Source of the DNA: Veleropilina oligotropha | Lineage: Eukaryota | Direction of reading: 5' to 3' | Assembly (NCBI GenBank): GCA_048128005.1 | Contig: JBEUKZ010000065.1 | Coordinates: 186,001 to 250,000, forward strand | DNA: 64,000 nucleotides | Shown: positions 53,391-64,000 of the stretch, piece after piece | How the letters are laid out: each line of letters begins with the position of its first letter | How positions within the stretch are numbered: the stretch's first letter is position 1 | The notes under the pieces: model-generated | Database searches by the model: none | Seen by the model: only the letters and a program-made list of their open reading frames with translations | What the model was told of the DNA's origin: nothing | Program-made: the position numbers and the translations under genes

Positions 53391-56334
53391 ATAATGAAAA
53401 AAACAATTTATAACATTTTAAATTACCAAAAAATTTTAAAATTGAACTTCCTTTTACCTTCCCAGAATTCATCATAGCTACAAACCACCCTCACGGACAA
53501 CATTTCACTGGCTGATGGCTGACACGTGTAACCTCACAGAATGGTTAGCTCCAATCGCAGAGCACAAAACACTATACAAATGAAGACTGTTGGCTTTCCG
53601 CATGCATCCATCCCTTCTGTAGTCAGTTGAGGTTTTTTTATAGACTAAAATAATGATGTCTCTGGTCGTGTTGGTGGGTGGTCCGTTAACTGGAAGCACC
53701 CTGATCGCCATTATCTCATTGACTTCTCGCGCCTGCCGCCCAGGTAGCCATTGAAGTCGAAAGAAAAGGTTAAATGGACAAAGTGAATCAGCCCGAGTAA
53801 AGTCATTTCAAACTTACTCGACTGTGTCCGAACTCCAATGTTAACGATGCATCGCCTGCTATGTTCCGGCTCATCTCTTCTCACTCCTACTGTTCAGTGT
53901 CAAGACTGTAAGCCTTACTCTATTACACTAATGTAGTTAGTTATCTTTGGTTAGTCTCTCCATGGATATGATGTATCCCTGGCTCAGTCCTCCTCGAAGA
54001 TGGTCCGGATCGGAATCCGAATCTGGATAAACTTCAAATTAGGCTCAAAATGTTCTTTAATTACCTCGCAAGACATGGATATGGTGACTTAACTATAGAG
54101 TTGGGTACCGCAGGATATCGAGTACCGCGGTATACTCTGGCTTTTACCTCTATACCGCGGTTTGTACCACGGTATACCGCAGAGAAATTCAATTTGTTAG
54201 TAATACATTTGACATTGTCTTACACAATGTGTCATATATGTGGCATCATTACTGGTATGTACATCAAACTTGGTATATCAGTAGCATAGATGTTTACAAA
54301 TATTATGACACGATGGAAGTGGCAAGTTGGTCACATGACCTGTCACGTGACATCAAAATAATACCATATATGTATAATAAGTGAATATGGAATAATTGTC
54401 ACAACATAGTGGTTAAATTAATTGGGTTATTTATATTTTAAGAACTATGGCTCCTACCTCTAGTCTAGTAGTACTCATATTTTCTATGCCTACAACGTTA
54501 TTTGTAATGTATTAACTACTGTTCAATATATTCGTGTCTGGCTTGCTTTACGAATCCGAATGACGATGATGAATTGATGTTTAATGATCACACTAACATT
54601 ATTTCAGTTATAAATCTAGTCAGTCAACTTTGAATGATGAAATGAGTTGTGTTGTGTGCAATGGAGGCAACGATCTTGGGAAAATCAAAGGCAATCCTGG
54701 GAATTGAACCCAGAACCCTTCATTAGTCGACCAGCACTGTATCCAATCAACCACGCTAACTCCACGAATTTGAAGACATATAAGTACCAGTGATGCATGG
54801 TAGTAAATGTCTTTATTTAATATATATGCACTAGCCATGTTTATAAATCAAACATCTATGACATAAACACACATTGTTTATATATGATATCAGTCTGATA
54901 TCCAATGATATCAGGATATTCCTCTGTTATGGAATTGCTATGTGCTACAGCGTTCTCAATTGTGGAATCAAGACAAAATTTACAAAGAATACGTACAAAA
55001 TGATTTGGTAGCAGGACTCCGGAAAAGCACTCGTCCGTTCGTCCATGACGATTGTAAATATTTTTTTGGCGAGTGGTTTTCATACGGCACTCGTCCAATG
55101 GACGAGTAGATTTTGTGACACTTATTAGTGTTAATCATATACACGTAACTGTATACATTTAAAAGTTAAATTTTGTTCACTTGTTTCTATTAATTTCGCA
55201 AATTCATCTCTATAGTCCCCTATTTTGTCTTTTCGTGAATTTGCAGTCTTCCAATTATCGGCTAAACCGTTAGGATAAAAATTGGGTGCCAACAGCCGGC
55301 TAGTGTATCATCGGGGACGATGCCTTGCCAGAGTGAAAAACATTCCGGTGCGAGTTGCAACCAATACAAGAAATGTTCATATGGATCTCGCATAGAGTAT
55401 TTATTTGATGACTTCAGAACAGTCGAATGCAACACGTGGTATTCTGCGAAGACTCGAATGAAATATGTCCGCATAATGCATACAGGTCGGAAATGACAAA
55501 CGGGTTTGAGCCACGGAAGCGATGTATTCAGTTCGCGAGGAGCGACGTGGACAAAGTTACGCATGTTTATTGTACATTATGCAGAAAGCAGGACAACTTA
55601 CTGCATTTGAGCTTTTAGCGACAGTTACGTCAAACCAATACACGGGAACGTGTTAAAGACAATATGATTATGAAATATGATTATTCACTCCAAAAGAAGG
55701 AATTACACTTTAAACAAGAACCACGGTCCGATATGTCTCGCCCTTTAAATATATATATCAATGTATCAGAAAATTCCATTCAATGAAAAACTGTAACCGA
55801 AAAATCTTTAACCGAAAATGACACGACGCCGACGACGCCGACCACGACCACGACGCCGGAAAATGTAATCCCCAAGTCTCGCTTTCCCTTCGGGGCGAGA
55901 CAAAAAGCGTATACCAAATTTGGATCAAATGTGATTACAAATTTTCACTGTAGATCGCTCACAAGAAATCTCTCCAAACAAAAATATGACCGCCACGGCA
56001 GGCACCTTTCATTCGAAGATGACGAAAATCGTTATCTGAAGTGTCCTCATCATAACTAACATGCATACCAAATTTAAATCAAATCTGATTTGAACTTTTC
56101 ACTGTAGGGCGCACACAAGTAATCTCTGCGCCGGTGGAACGATGTATAAACTATACTATCCCCGACTATTGTTCGGGGATACAATAATGTGCATATGAAA
56201 TCAGATTACAACTGTTGACATCCATCTTGAATTAAAAAAGAAGAAAATTGTTAGGGTTGTGTCCTCATCATAGGTAATTAAATTGCAATGTTATTGTATC
56301 ATACAATAATTTGAATCCTGACCGCTTCAGGAGG

Positions 56335-57323
56335 GTGATATTAGACACTGGATACAATCTGTTCTTGCAATGGCAATATATACTGCCATCTCATTGGATA
56401 CCCATGGAATAAACCAATGGGGAAGCCAGTTTTCAAAATTCATCTAATTTTGATAATCCCAGCTTCTCAGAAAGACCATTAAGCTTAACAGCTTACTATG
56501 CCTATTGGCAGTGAGCAAGTCTTACAGATAAGCATATGTCCCTTTTATCGTACACACATAATACTTACATAGTAAATTAACAAAAAAAGGAATATATCTC
56601 TGTTACTTTTCTATCCTCAATATTTCAATGCATAATTAAACTTTTCAGAATAACTGCTCTAGTGTGTTGTAGGTGTAGCGAAAAAAAAAAAAATCATGTA
56701 ACTTCTTCATATTTTTTTTGGGGGGGTGGGCATGAGGGGGGGGGGGGGTGAGGGGGGGACGAAGCAGAAGGATTAACATGTATGTGCTTCCCTCATCTCA
56801 TACACTTATGAAACATGTATGATCTAAGTTTCATTGATCTGGAACAGTCATACCTTTTGAGGAATAGAGCTAAACGCAAAAACTTAACGTAATAACTTAA
56901 CCCAGATTACTATGATTACAAAGTCACGGTACATAATATCTAGGTAAAATATCAACCATCCAAAGGATTCATTACACAACAGGACCTATGAAACATCTAT
57001 AGTCCATATTATGTTGATCTAGAACATCTACTTTTTGAGAAACAGAGCTAAACGCAAAACCTTAACGTAAAAACTTAACACAGATTACAATGATTACAAA
57101 GTCACGGTACATAAAATCTAGGTTATATATCAAGTATCCGAAGCATTCGGTACATAACAGTACCCATGAAGCATCTATGGTCCAAGTTATGTTGATCGAG
57201 ATCTTATACTTTTTGAGAAACAGAGCTAAACGCAAAACTTTAACAATTGTTGACGACGTCGTCGCCGTCGCCGCCGACAGAAAAGCAATACCTATAGTCT
57301 CTTTCCCTTCGGGCGAGACAAAA
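56335..57323 (+). repeat. Dispersed HINE-like repeat, copy 2 (one extra internal unit of about 180 bp)
   Basis: Colinear with 21331-22107. Confidence 0.8.
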
Positions 57324-57670
57324 ATTGCATCAATTGTGGAACTTCAAAAAGGCCACGGTGTTGAACTTGGATAGCGTTAACCCATTGGTATAGGCCTACC
57401 GCAGTTGCATAATCGATCCTTTATTACAGCATTTTCTTTGACTTATTCCAACATGTGGCTGATTGAATCAGTTGCAAAGTTATCACCCTTATCATGTAAA
57501 TAAAATTGTTTAACAACGCAATCCAACCATTATGGCATACTATAATTTGAAGCTATTAACGATTTCATTATTTAATATCACATACGGTACCGGTAACGAA
57601 ACTGATATGAGTGGATTTATCATGAATTCTGTTTTATTGTATTTTTTCTGAGAATGTATATATATATATA

Positions 57671-59203
57671 TACCGAGTCAAAAAAGAAACTTCACAAAAT
57701 GTAATTTGAAAAAGTAATGAATAATTTTTCTCTGATGATACATCTATGTATCCGAAATGGGATCCCTATCTTTCGACGCTAGAAAAACGTTAGCAAACCC
57801 CCCTCAAACTCATCCATTCCTCGTGCAAATGACGTTAGTGCCAAATCAGGTTTTGCACGTGCAGTCGGTCACGTAATCTTCACATCGATGTTGATTTCAT
57901 TTGCACTTGTTTGCATTGGCCTCAGGAATTGAAAAAACACTTTTAAACCACGGTTCTAACGGTACTTTAAATGCCACGATTGTCAAATGTGCAACGTGAA
58001 CGTGCCGTTGGCATGTTACACGCGGGAAGATCAGTTATTGACGTCGCAAGAGCAATGGGATGCAGCCGTCGTACTGTGTATGACTTGCGAATTCGTCTAC
58101 AAGAAACTGGCACCACTTCTGATCGCCCAAGGTCGGGTCGTCCACGTGTAACGTCACGAGCAGAAGACCGTTACATCGTCCTACGTCACCTACGTGACAG
58201 ATTTCTGCCGGCTGCACGAACCAGGGCTGAGATGTTTAGAGGTCGACTGTCCTCACAGACCATTCGAAATCGGTTGCGGGCTGCCAATATCCATCCTCGA
58301 CGTCCATATCGTGGGCCAATATTTACGCCATTTCATCGACGTCAACGTCTGCTGTGGGCCCAACGTCACCTCCGATGGACCCAAAGAGACTGGAATCGAG
58401 TCGTCTTTAGCGATGAATCAAGGTTTACCCTCAGATTCGCGGACGGCAGGCATAGAGTCTGGAGACGACGTCGTGAACGGTATGCCCAGTGTTGTGTGCA
58501 GGAAGTGGACATATTCGGGGGCGGAAGTTGCATGGTGTGGGGTGCTTTCTGTGGGAACAACCGTTCTCGACTTCTGGTCATTCGTGGAAACATCACAGCT
58601 GCTGCTTATCGCGACCAGGTGCTCACCCCTGAACTCGTTCCTTTCATGGCGGCTCATGGCCCAGGTCTACATTTCCAGCATGATAATGCGCTGCCGCATA
58701 CCGCGATGTTGACACGAAATTTCCTTCAAAACGCTGGAATCAACATCATGGACTGGCCATCAAGGTCCCCTGACCTTAATCCAATCGAGCACGTTTGGGA
58801 TGCACTTGGGAGAAGGCTTCGTGGTCTTAGACACCAACCACAGAATTTGCAGGATCTTAGCGCTGCCTTGCAAGAGCAATGGCGCAGAATCCCCAACCAC
58901 GTGTTCACAAACATCAGGCGGTCGATGAGGAGACGGTGTTTGGCAGTGGTGAATGCGCGAGGCGGCCATACACGATATTGAACTGAGAAATTTCGAATTT
59001 CTATTCTTGTGACTTGACATTCTGTATACACATGTTTTGGAAAGGCGGTGTAGCCTAATGGAACTGATTGTGGCACTGTCAGTGTATCGAGTACATCACA
59101 CACATCTCAGCAATGAAATAATAACAATTTAACCATTTTACCATCTCTTGTTCTTTTTTAGTGCCCAGAAGAAAGAATGTGAAGTTTCTTTTTTGACTCA
59201 GTA
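57671..59203 (+). mobile_element. Full-length Tc1/mariner transposon
   Basis: TIRs TAC(C/T)GAGTCAAAAAAGAAACTTCACA. Inserted in a (TA)n run. Confidence 0.96.
57971..58981 (+). CDS. Tc1-family DD34E transposase, intact 336-aa ORF
   Basis: N-terminal HTH region, GRPR motif, FSDES, QHDNA and SPDLNPIE, with 34 residues between the second D and E. Confidence 0.95.
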   Translation: MPRLSNVQRERAVGMLHAGRSVIDVARAMGCSRRTVYDLRIRLQETGTTSDRPRSGRPRVTSRAEDRYIVLRHLRDRFLPAARTRAEMFRGRLSSQTIRNRLRAANIHPRRPYRGPIFTPFHRRQRLLWAQRHLRWTQRDWNRVVFSDESRFTLRFADGRHRVWRRRRERYAQCCVQEVDIFGGGSCMVWGAFCGNNRSRLLVIRGNITAAAYRDQVLTPELVPFMAAHGPGLHFQHDNALPHTAMLTRNFLQNAGINIMDWPSRSPDLNPIEHVWDALGRRLRGLRHQPQNLQDLSAALQEQWRRIPNHVFTNIRRSMRRRCLAVVNARGGHTRY

Positions 59204-61542
59204 TATTAATATATATAATATTATCTACATAAATGATAATTATGAACACGAAACAATTTTGCAAAAATCAATGTGTTACTTTCTGATATATATATTGAAT
59301 CTGATAGATTCCATACTGATTTCAACAACTGCCGGCAGGAGATCGTCACTGCATGATTGAGTCACGGTTCCATTTAAATTTTTCCGATTTTGGACAAGTG
59401 AATTCTGAATTTGGACGAGTACTTTTCACTAAACACTCGTCCATTGGACGAGTTGTTCATAATTTTTTTCCAGAGCCCTGGGTAGCGTTTGGAAAGTTTG
59501 AGGAATAGTTATCTTATTTTTTCTCATAACGCTGGATCGCTCGATCTTTTCATAGGCATGATGAAAACTTCAATTGAGCAATTGCTTTACTGACCGTTTC
59601 TAAAACGTGCAGCTGTTGACTTTCGGATCCGTGAGCTGCCAACGATGTGTGATACATGTTTATAGCTACTTAATCTTAACATTGATGAGTCTTGTACAAT
59701 ACCGGTTTAGTACCGGTACTGGCAGCCGTACCGCAGTACGTACCGACTTGCGTTGATTATCGCGGTATACCGGTAACACCGCGCACCTCTACTTAACAAT
59801 GATCTACATAAAACAAGATGACTGCCAAAGGGGGGTCAAAATGATGAAAAAGGTCACATTTTTAACCTCCATATTTCGAAAGAATTTAACAATCTTTGTA
59901 ATGCATTTGGTTGTCCTGGTAAAAAATGCTCAACGTGATTGTCTCGTTGTGAATTGTTACATGACGTAGGAAGTAACAATAGTAAGTAAATTCGGATCAA
60001 TTTTGTTAAAATTCTTAATTGGTCTTATCGTTTTCTTCAAATTTCTTCAAATGATATTAAGCTTTGGAATAGATTTCAACAATCAAACAGGTTAGATCCA
60101 AATTTATATATACATACTGTACATCGTATTCAACGTATTAAGTGCCCAATTTTGAGAAGAGGGCTTGAATCCTATAAATATCGAACAGAAATTGTTAACA
60201 AATGTAATTTTGTAAACATTCATCACTGTTTTCATTTATTTGCATTTATATCGGATTACCAAGGTAGTAGTAGTAGTAATGAAACTGTCCTCGGATATTC
60301 CTTTGTAAGTTTGTCAAATGCTCACTAGTACTAGTGCTGTACCTCCATTCCTCATTGGTTGAACCAACAAGGACTTTCATTTGAACAGAGTTGCTCTCCT
60401 ATCTGTGGTACTTCCAATTAAACTACATGTGCGATACAAGTCAAAGCCATCTCAGCAAATTAAAACATTTCCAATAATTTTTTTAAGCATTGAACCAGGC
60501 CAGGCTTTGTACTGAACCAGGTCAGGCATTGTACTGAAGTAGCAATTTAACATTGAATTAAGATGTATATTTCACCATTATCACCTCCATATATTGTGAT
60601 CTGTATTGCACTGAAAATATAGATATATATATCTATCACTGTTGTCCTAACACGAGGCAATACCTACATATACGTATCTGCATCGCTCCATCTCAGACAG
60701 ACTATGGACAGCGTGACGTGCGGCGCATCAAAATTCTGAAACACAAAAATTATTTCCATAATGTTGAAGGAAACGCGCAGATCTTTAAATCCATCTTGAG
60801 AATGCCACTGACATGCCTAAGGTGTTATTGCAGTGTTTGAATCACAAGGGTGCCCTTGACAGCTAATAACAATTATTATCGGATGTTTTATGAGAGAAAA
60901 CTGGGAATTAGAAGAGAACTTCAAACTTAACAAGTTACATGGCAACACCCGAAATTGAGAAAGGTTTAATCAAGCCATATCTATTGAGTTCAGCCCATGT
61001 GTCAAAATTCATTAAAGCTCTGCAGTCTGCTGTATTGTTAATTGGTGCAATGCAGTGCTAAAAGTCAAAAAATCTGGGTCACGATATCCAACATTTTATT
61101 GTGGTCACAGAACTACATTATTAAATTGAAGCTGCGAGCAGCTGTGAGGGCTTCAATCAGATAAACGAAATAAAAAAAAGACGTAAAATATCAAAAAATA
61201 AAAAAGTTTAATTTAAAAAATAAAATAAAAATACAAAAAAATACTAAATTTAAAAAAATATTTTTTAGATTTTAAGATATACATATGGCCACTCTGAATC
61301 GAATGCCGCCAATCTTAGATTTCTACGCCGAAAGTGCTAGGGGGGCCGGAAAATTTTGAAACCTAGATGCTATGAAATGCTGTTTCCGGCGTTATCAGGC
61401 TTCTAATTCATGTGACAATTAAGCAAAAAATTATGCAAAATAGATTGCATTTTTGTTAATTTGAATTTAAATTAAATAATCAGTTGTCATAAATAATCAG
61501 TGTCCAGTGGTGAGGTACTCCATCGCTCAGACTGAGGTCGTG

Positions 61543-62843
61543 CATAATTAAGACCATTTTTCTTTATTATTGATGTGGTAATTATTAAACGCAACGACCT
61601 GTACGGCATCTTAGGTAGCTTACATGCAGACTGTGTGATTAATTGTCAGTACAATAGATGTTCATGACGCACACACGAACGAGCGCCGAATGCGGCAGGG
61701 CGTATCTCCACGGAAAAGTTTTTAAATCTATAATCTCTGTAGCGTTATTGCCAATATTTTCAGGAATAAATTCATTATCCAAAATTTATAAATAGTCATC
61801 TTGCAAACGATTGTCATCAATGATCATAATGCATAATATTGTGTCAAGTAGATACAATTGTTATAGTGCATTAATTGTAAATGCCGCTTTACTCGTGGCA
61901 CACGGGGCATGCTCGGCCAACTCGGAGCGCGCCCTGGGCATAACAAAATTGTCCAGAGCTCAGCTCTAGCGCGCCGCTTTCCGTTTGCGTCCATAGTTCA
62001 GCTCTAGCGCGTCCCATGTTAGAAGTGTCCCTACCAGGTAATTCGTGGCGCACTTGGAGTACACTGTGTACACTTCTCGGTGAACATGGCCTGCACTCCG
62101 CGTACCCATAGATCGCCCCTAATGCACCCTGGATGGAATTGACAAAACTATTCGTTCATAGCGGTGTATTTTACATGCGTTAATACAGTATGTTGGTAAA
62201 ATATTGATAATCGATTATTCGCGAACACTTCGATAATTGACTTCATTCATTCGCTGTTATTTTCGATAAATGCAGGTTATATTAAAATGGGATAGGCCGC
62301 ATAGACACCTGTCGCACATAATATGTTGCCCACAAAATCTGCCACAGCGGACATCGCTGACTGGATCGTATGCGGCGACAGTCTTGAGTGCCTGTTTGAA
62401 ATTGTTGATTTGATTGAAATACATGTGTCGATATCGGCTTGTGTCGCCATGGTGTAAATAACAAAATTGGTATCTGCTTTACACAGGCTAGCATAAATTT
62501 CCTCAATCACGGGATAATTCGCTACTATTTGTATTATATAATGTTATAACTCCTTCTATTGATATGTGAATGGCTATTATATATGCATTTAGCTTTTTCC
62601 TTTATAAAGAAAAATAAATTAGTCGATTACATGTTCTAATCAAACAATAATAGCGTAATGCTTGCGACTCATAAGCATAATTAAGACCATTTCACTTCAT
62701 TATTGATCGGTAATTATTAAACGCAATGACGTTGCACGGCATCTTAGGTAGCTTACATGCAGACTGTGTGACGCACACACGAACGAGCCCCGAATGCGCG
62801 AGTGCGCCAGGGCATACCTCCACGGAAAAGTTTTTAAATCTAT
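61543..62843. repeat. Direct repeat pair of about 170-190 bp (61543-61732 and 62677-62843)
   Basis: CATAATTAAGACCATTT...CGGCATCTTAGGTAGCTTACATGCAGACTGTGTGA...CCACGGAAAAGTTTTTAAATCTA is present twice. Confidence 0.75.
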
Positions 62844-64000
62844 TATCTTGTGCATTAATCTATGATGGAAATTAAGAAGTATCTATAATAATGAATGCGC
62901 AACTGGACTGACCAACAGAATATCAATGTTTTCACCATATATTAACAGTTACTGAATCATGTAGCCTTCTGTTGGCTAAATGTTTACTTAAGCCTGATAG
63001 CAGAACTTCTCAAGGGCCTTGCTGTCCACTGGACAGGGTTGGCGCATGGCTTTATGACACCTCAAAGAGACAGGCTCATAAACTGCCTACTTCATCTGAT
63101 AAGGCAATTAGCACTGAGCTGGTCGCGCCGAAATGAGACGAGGAATTAATATAGTATTTTTTAAACAATGAAAGTACTTATTGTATTCTTGTCACAATTC
63201 TCTAATATAACGATCTTTACATAGTATATTTTATGAGAAAATCTGGAAGAAAAAGGACGATTTTTAGAGGCGCTATGAAGCAATATTCATCTAAAAAAAC
63301 TAAGTCTAATAACTCTCAAGCAACTCATTTTAGCGATGTATTCTATAGATATTACATTAGATATTTTCGATACGAATAAAATGAATTGCGTCACGTTTCA
63401 TATAAATGAAAATTAAAGAAGTTACAGTCAATTTAATATTAAATTTAATGTCTTCATAACTCTTTTTTAATTTGTCTCACAAAGTATTCCATTAGAACAA
63501 CATATACCGATATAATGCTTTGTCAAAACTACCAAGTGTCGATAAGATCACGCTACTCAGTTCTGAGAAAAGTGCATTTTAATGTTTTCAAAAAATCAAA
63601 GATTGCGACGAAACCATGGCATTCATTGTCTAAAATTTTACGGCAAACATTACTTGATATCGATGCGCACTCACCCTGGAAGATTGGAAAGATTTCGTGG
63701 AGTGCATTGAAAGATACTGCAGAAATGAAAAATTGAAAAAACTTCAAAATTTTGTCAAGATTAGGACGCCCGTAGCGATCTTAGCATTGAAAAAATGAAA
63801 ATTTCATTTCCAAGAGATTGTTGTCTCAATAGTCTAGATCATGCCTTTGAAGATTTTGTCTCGATCTCGAAAGCCGTGTAAGACTTATATCGTTTTTGAA
63901 AAGAGGTCATATTTTTTTACAAAATTGAAGATTACGACCAAAGCATAAAATCCCGAAACTTGAAAATAGAACGAGGCAATGCTTCAATGATGTGCCCAAG

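Larger units (their letters stand above)
55012..59480. mobile_element. hAT-like element with a 5-bp TSD, carrying nested insertions
   Basis: TIR CAGGACTCCGGAAAA / TTTTCCAGAGCCCTG. GGTAG duplicated at 55007-55011 and 59481-59485. ACTCGTCCA.TGGACGAGT palindromes near both ends. Confidence 0.82.
54096..59791. mobile_element. hAT-type non-autonomous element (outer shell of a nest)
   Basis: TAGAG...CTCTA termini with TACCGCGGTA subterminal repeats. 8-bp TSD CTTAACTA / CTTAACAA. Confidence 0.75.

Noticed and set aside
57730..57770. CTGATGA...GAAA in the Tc1 5' region
   Set aside because: The stems do not form in hammerhead register, and the other copy lacks part of the putative stem.
61543..62843. 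LTR pair of a small LTR retroelement
   Set aside because: No TG...CA ends, PBS, PPT or TSD were identified, so it is kept only as a direct repeat.
63095..63145. Hammerhead-like CTGATAA...GAAA
   Set aside because: The C3-A8 pair is mismatched and there is no convincing stem I, stem III or UH site. At most a decayed remnant.

Overview
Eukaryotic, AT-rich, repeat-dense DNA. The repeat types suggest a marine invertebrate, probably a mollusc or other lophotrochozoan (inference). There are no prokaryotic operons, rRNA, true tRNA or CRISPR arrays, and no recognisable host protein gene. Most of the window is transposable elements and minisatellites: three Tc1/mariner elements (one with an intact DD34E transposase ORF), three 5'-truncated LINE RT fragments, a truncated DIRS/Ngaro gag, a deleted PIF/Harbinger, hAT-type elements with 8-bp and 5-bp TSDs, a Kolobok-like MITE, several tRNA-derived SINEs, Helentron/HINE-like satellite-carrying repeats, and about 15 unrelated minisatellites. 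Four observations stand out. (1) Two Penelope-like insertions carry hammerhead-ribozyme motifs, one canonical and one with a compensatory G3-C8 core. (2) A chain of at least six GT-AG-bounded candidate exons on the minus strand (47.7 to 7.6 kb) splices into a long leader of short ORFs followed by an unidentified 76-aa ORF. (3) Four sequence-unrelated elements share one architecture (short inverted-repeat pair plus long terminal hairpin), one of them a head-to-tail dimer joined through ACCTATA, which suggests tyrosine-recombinase (Crypton-like) mobility. (4) Several minisatellites visibly arose inside or at the edge of TEs. All calls were made by eye, and boundaries without a TSD or TIR are approximate.
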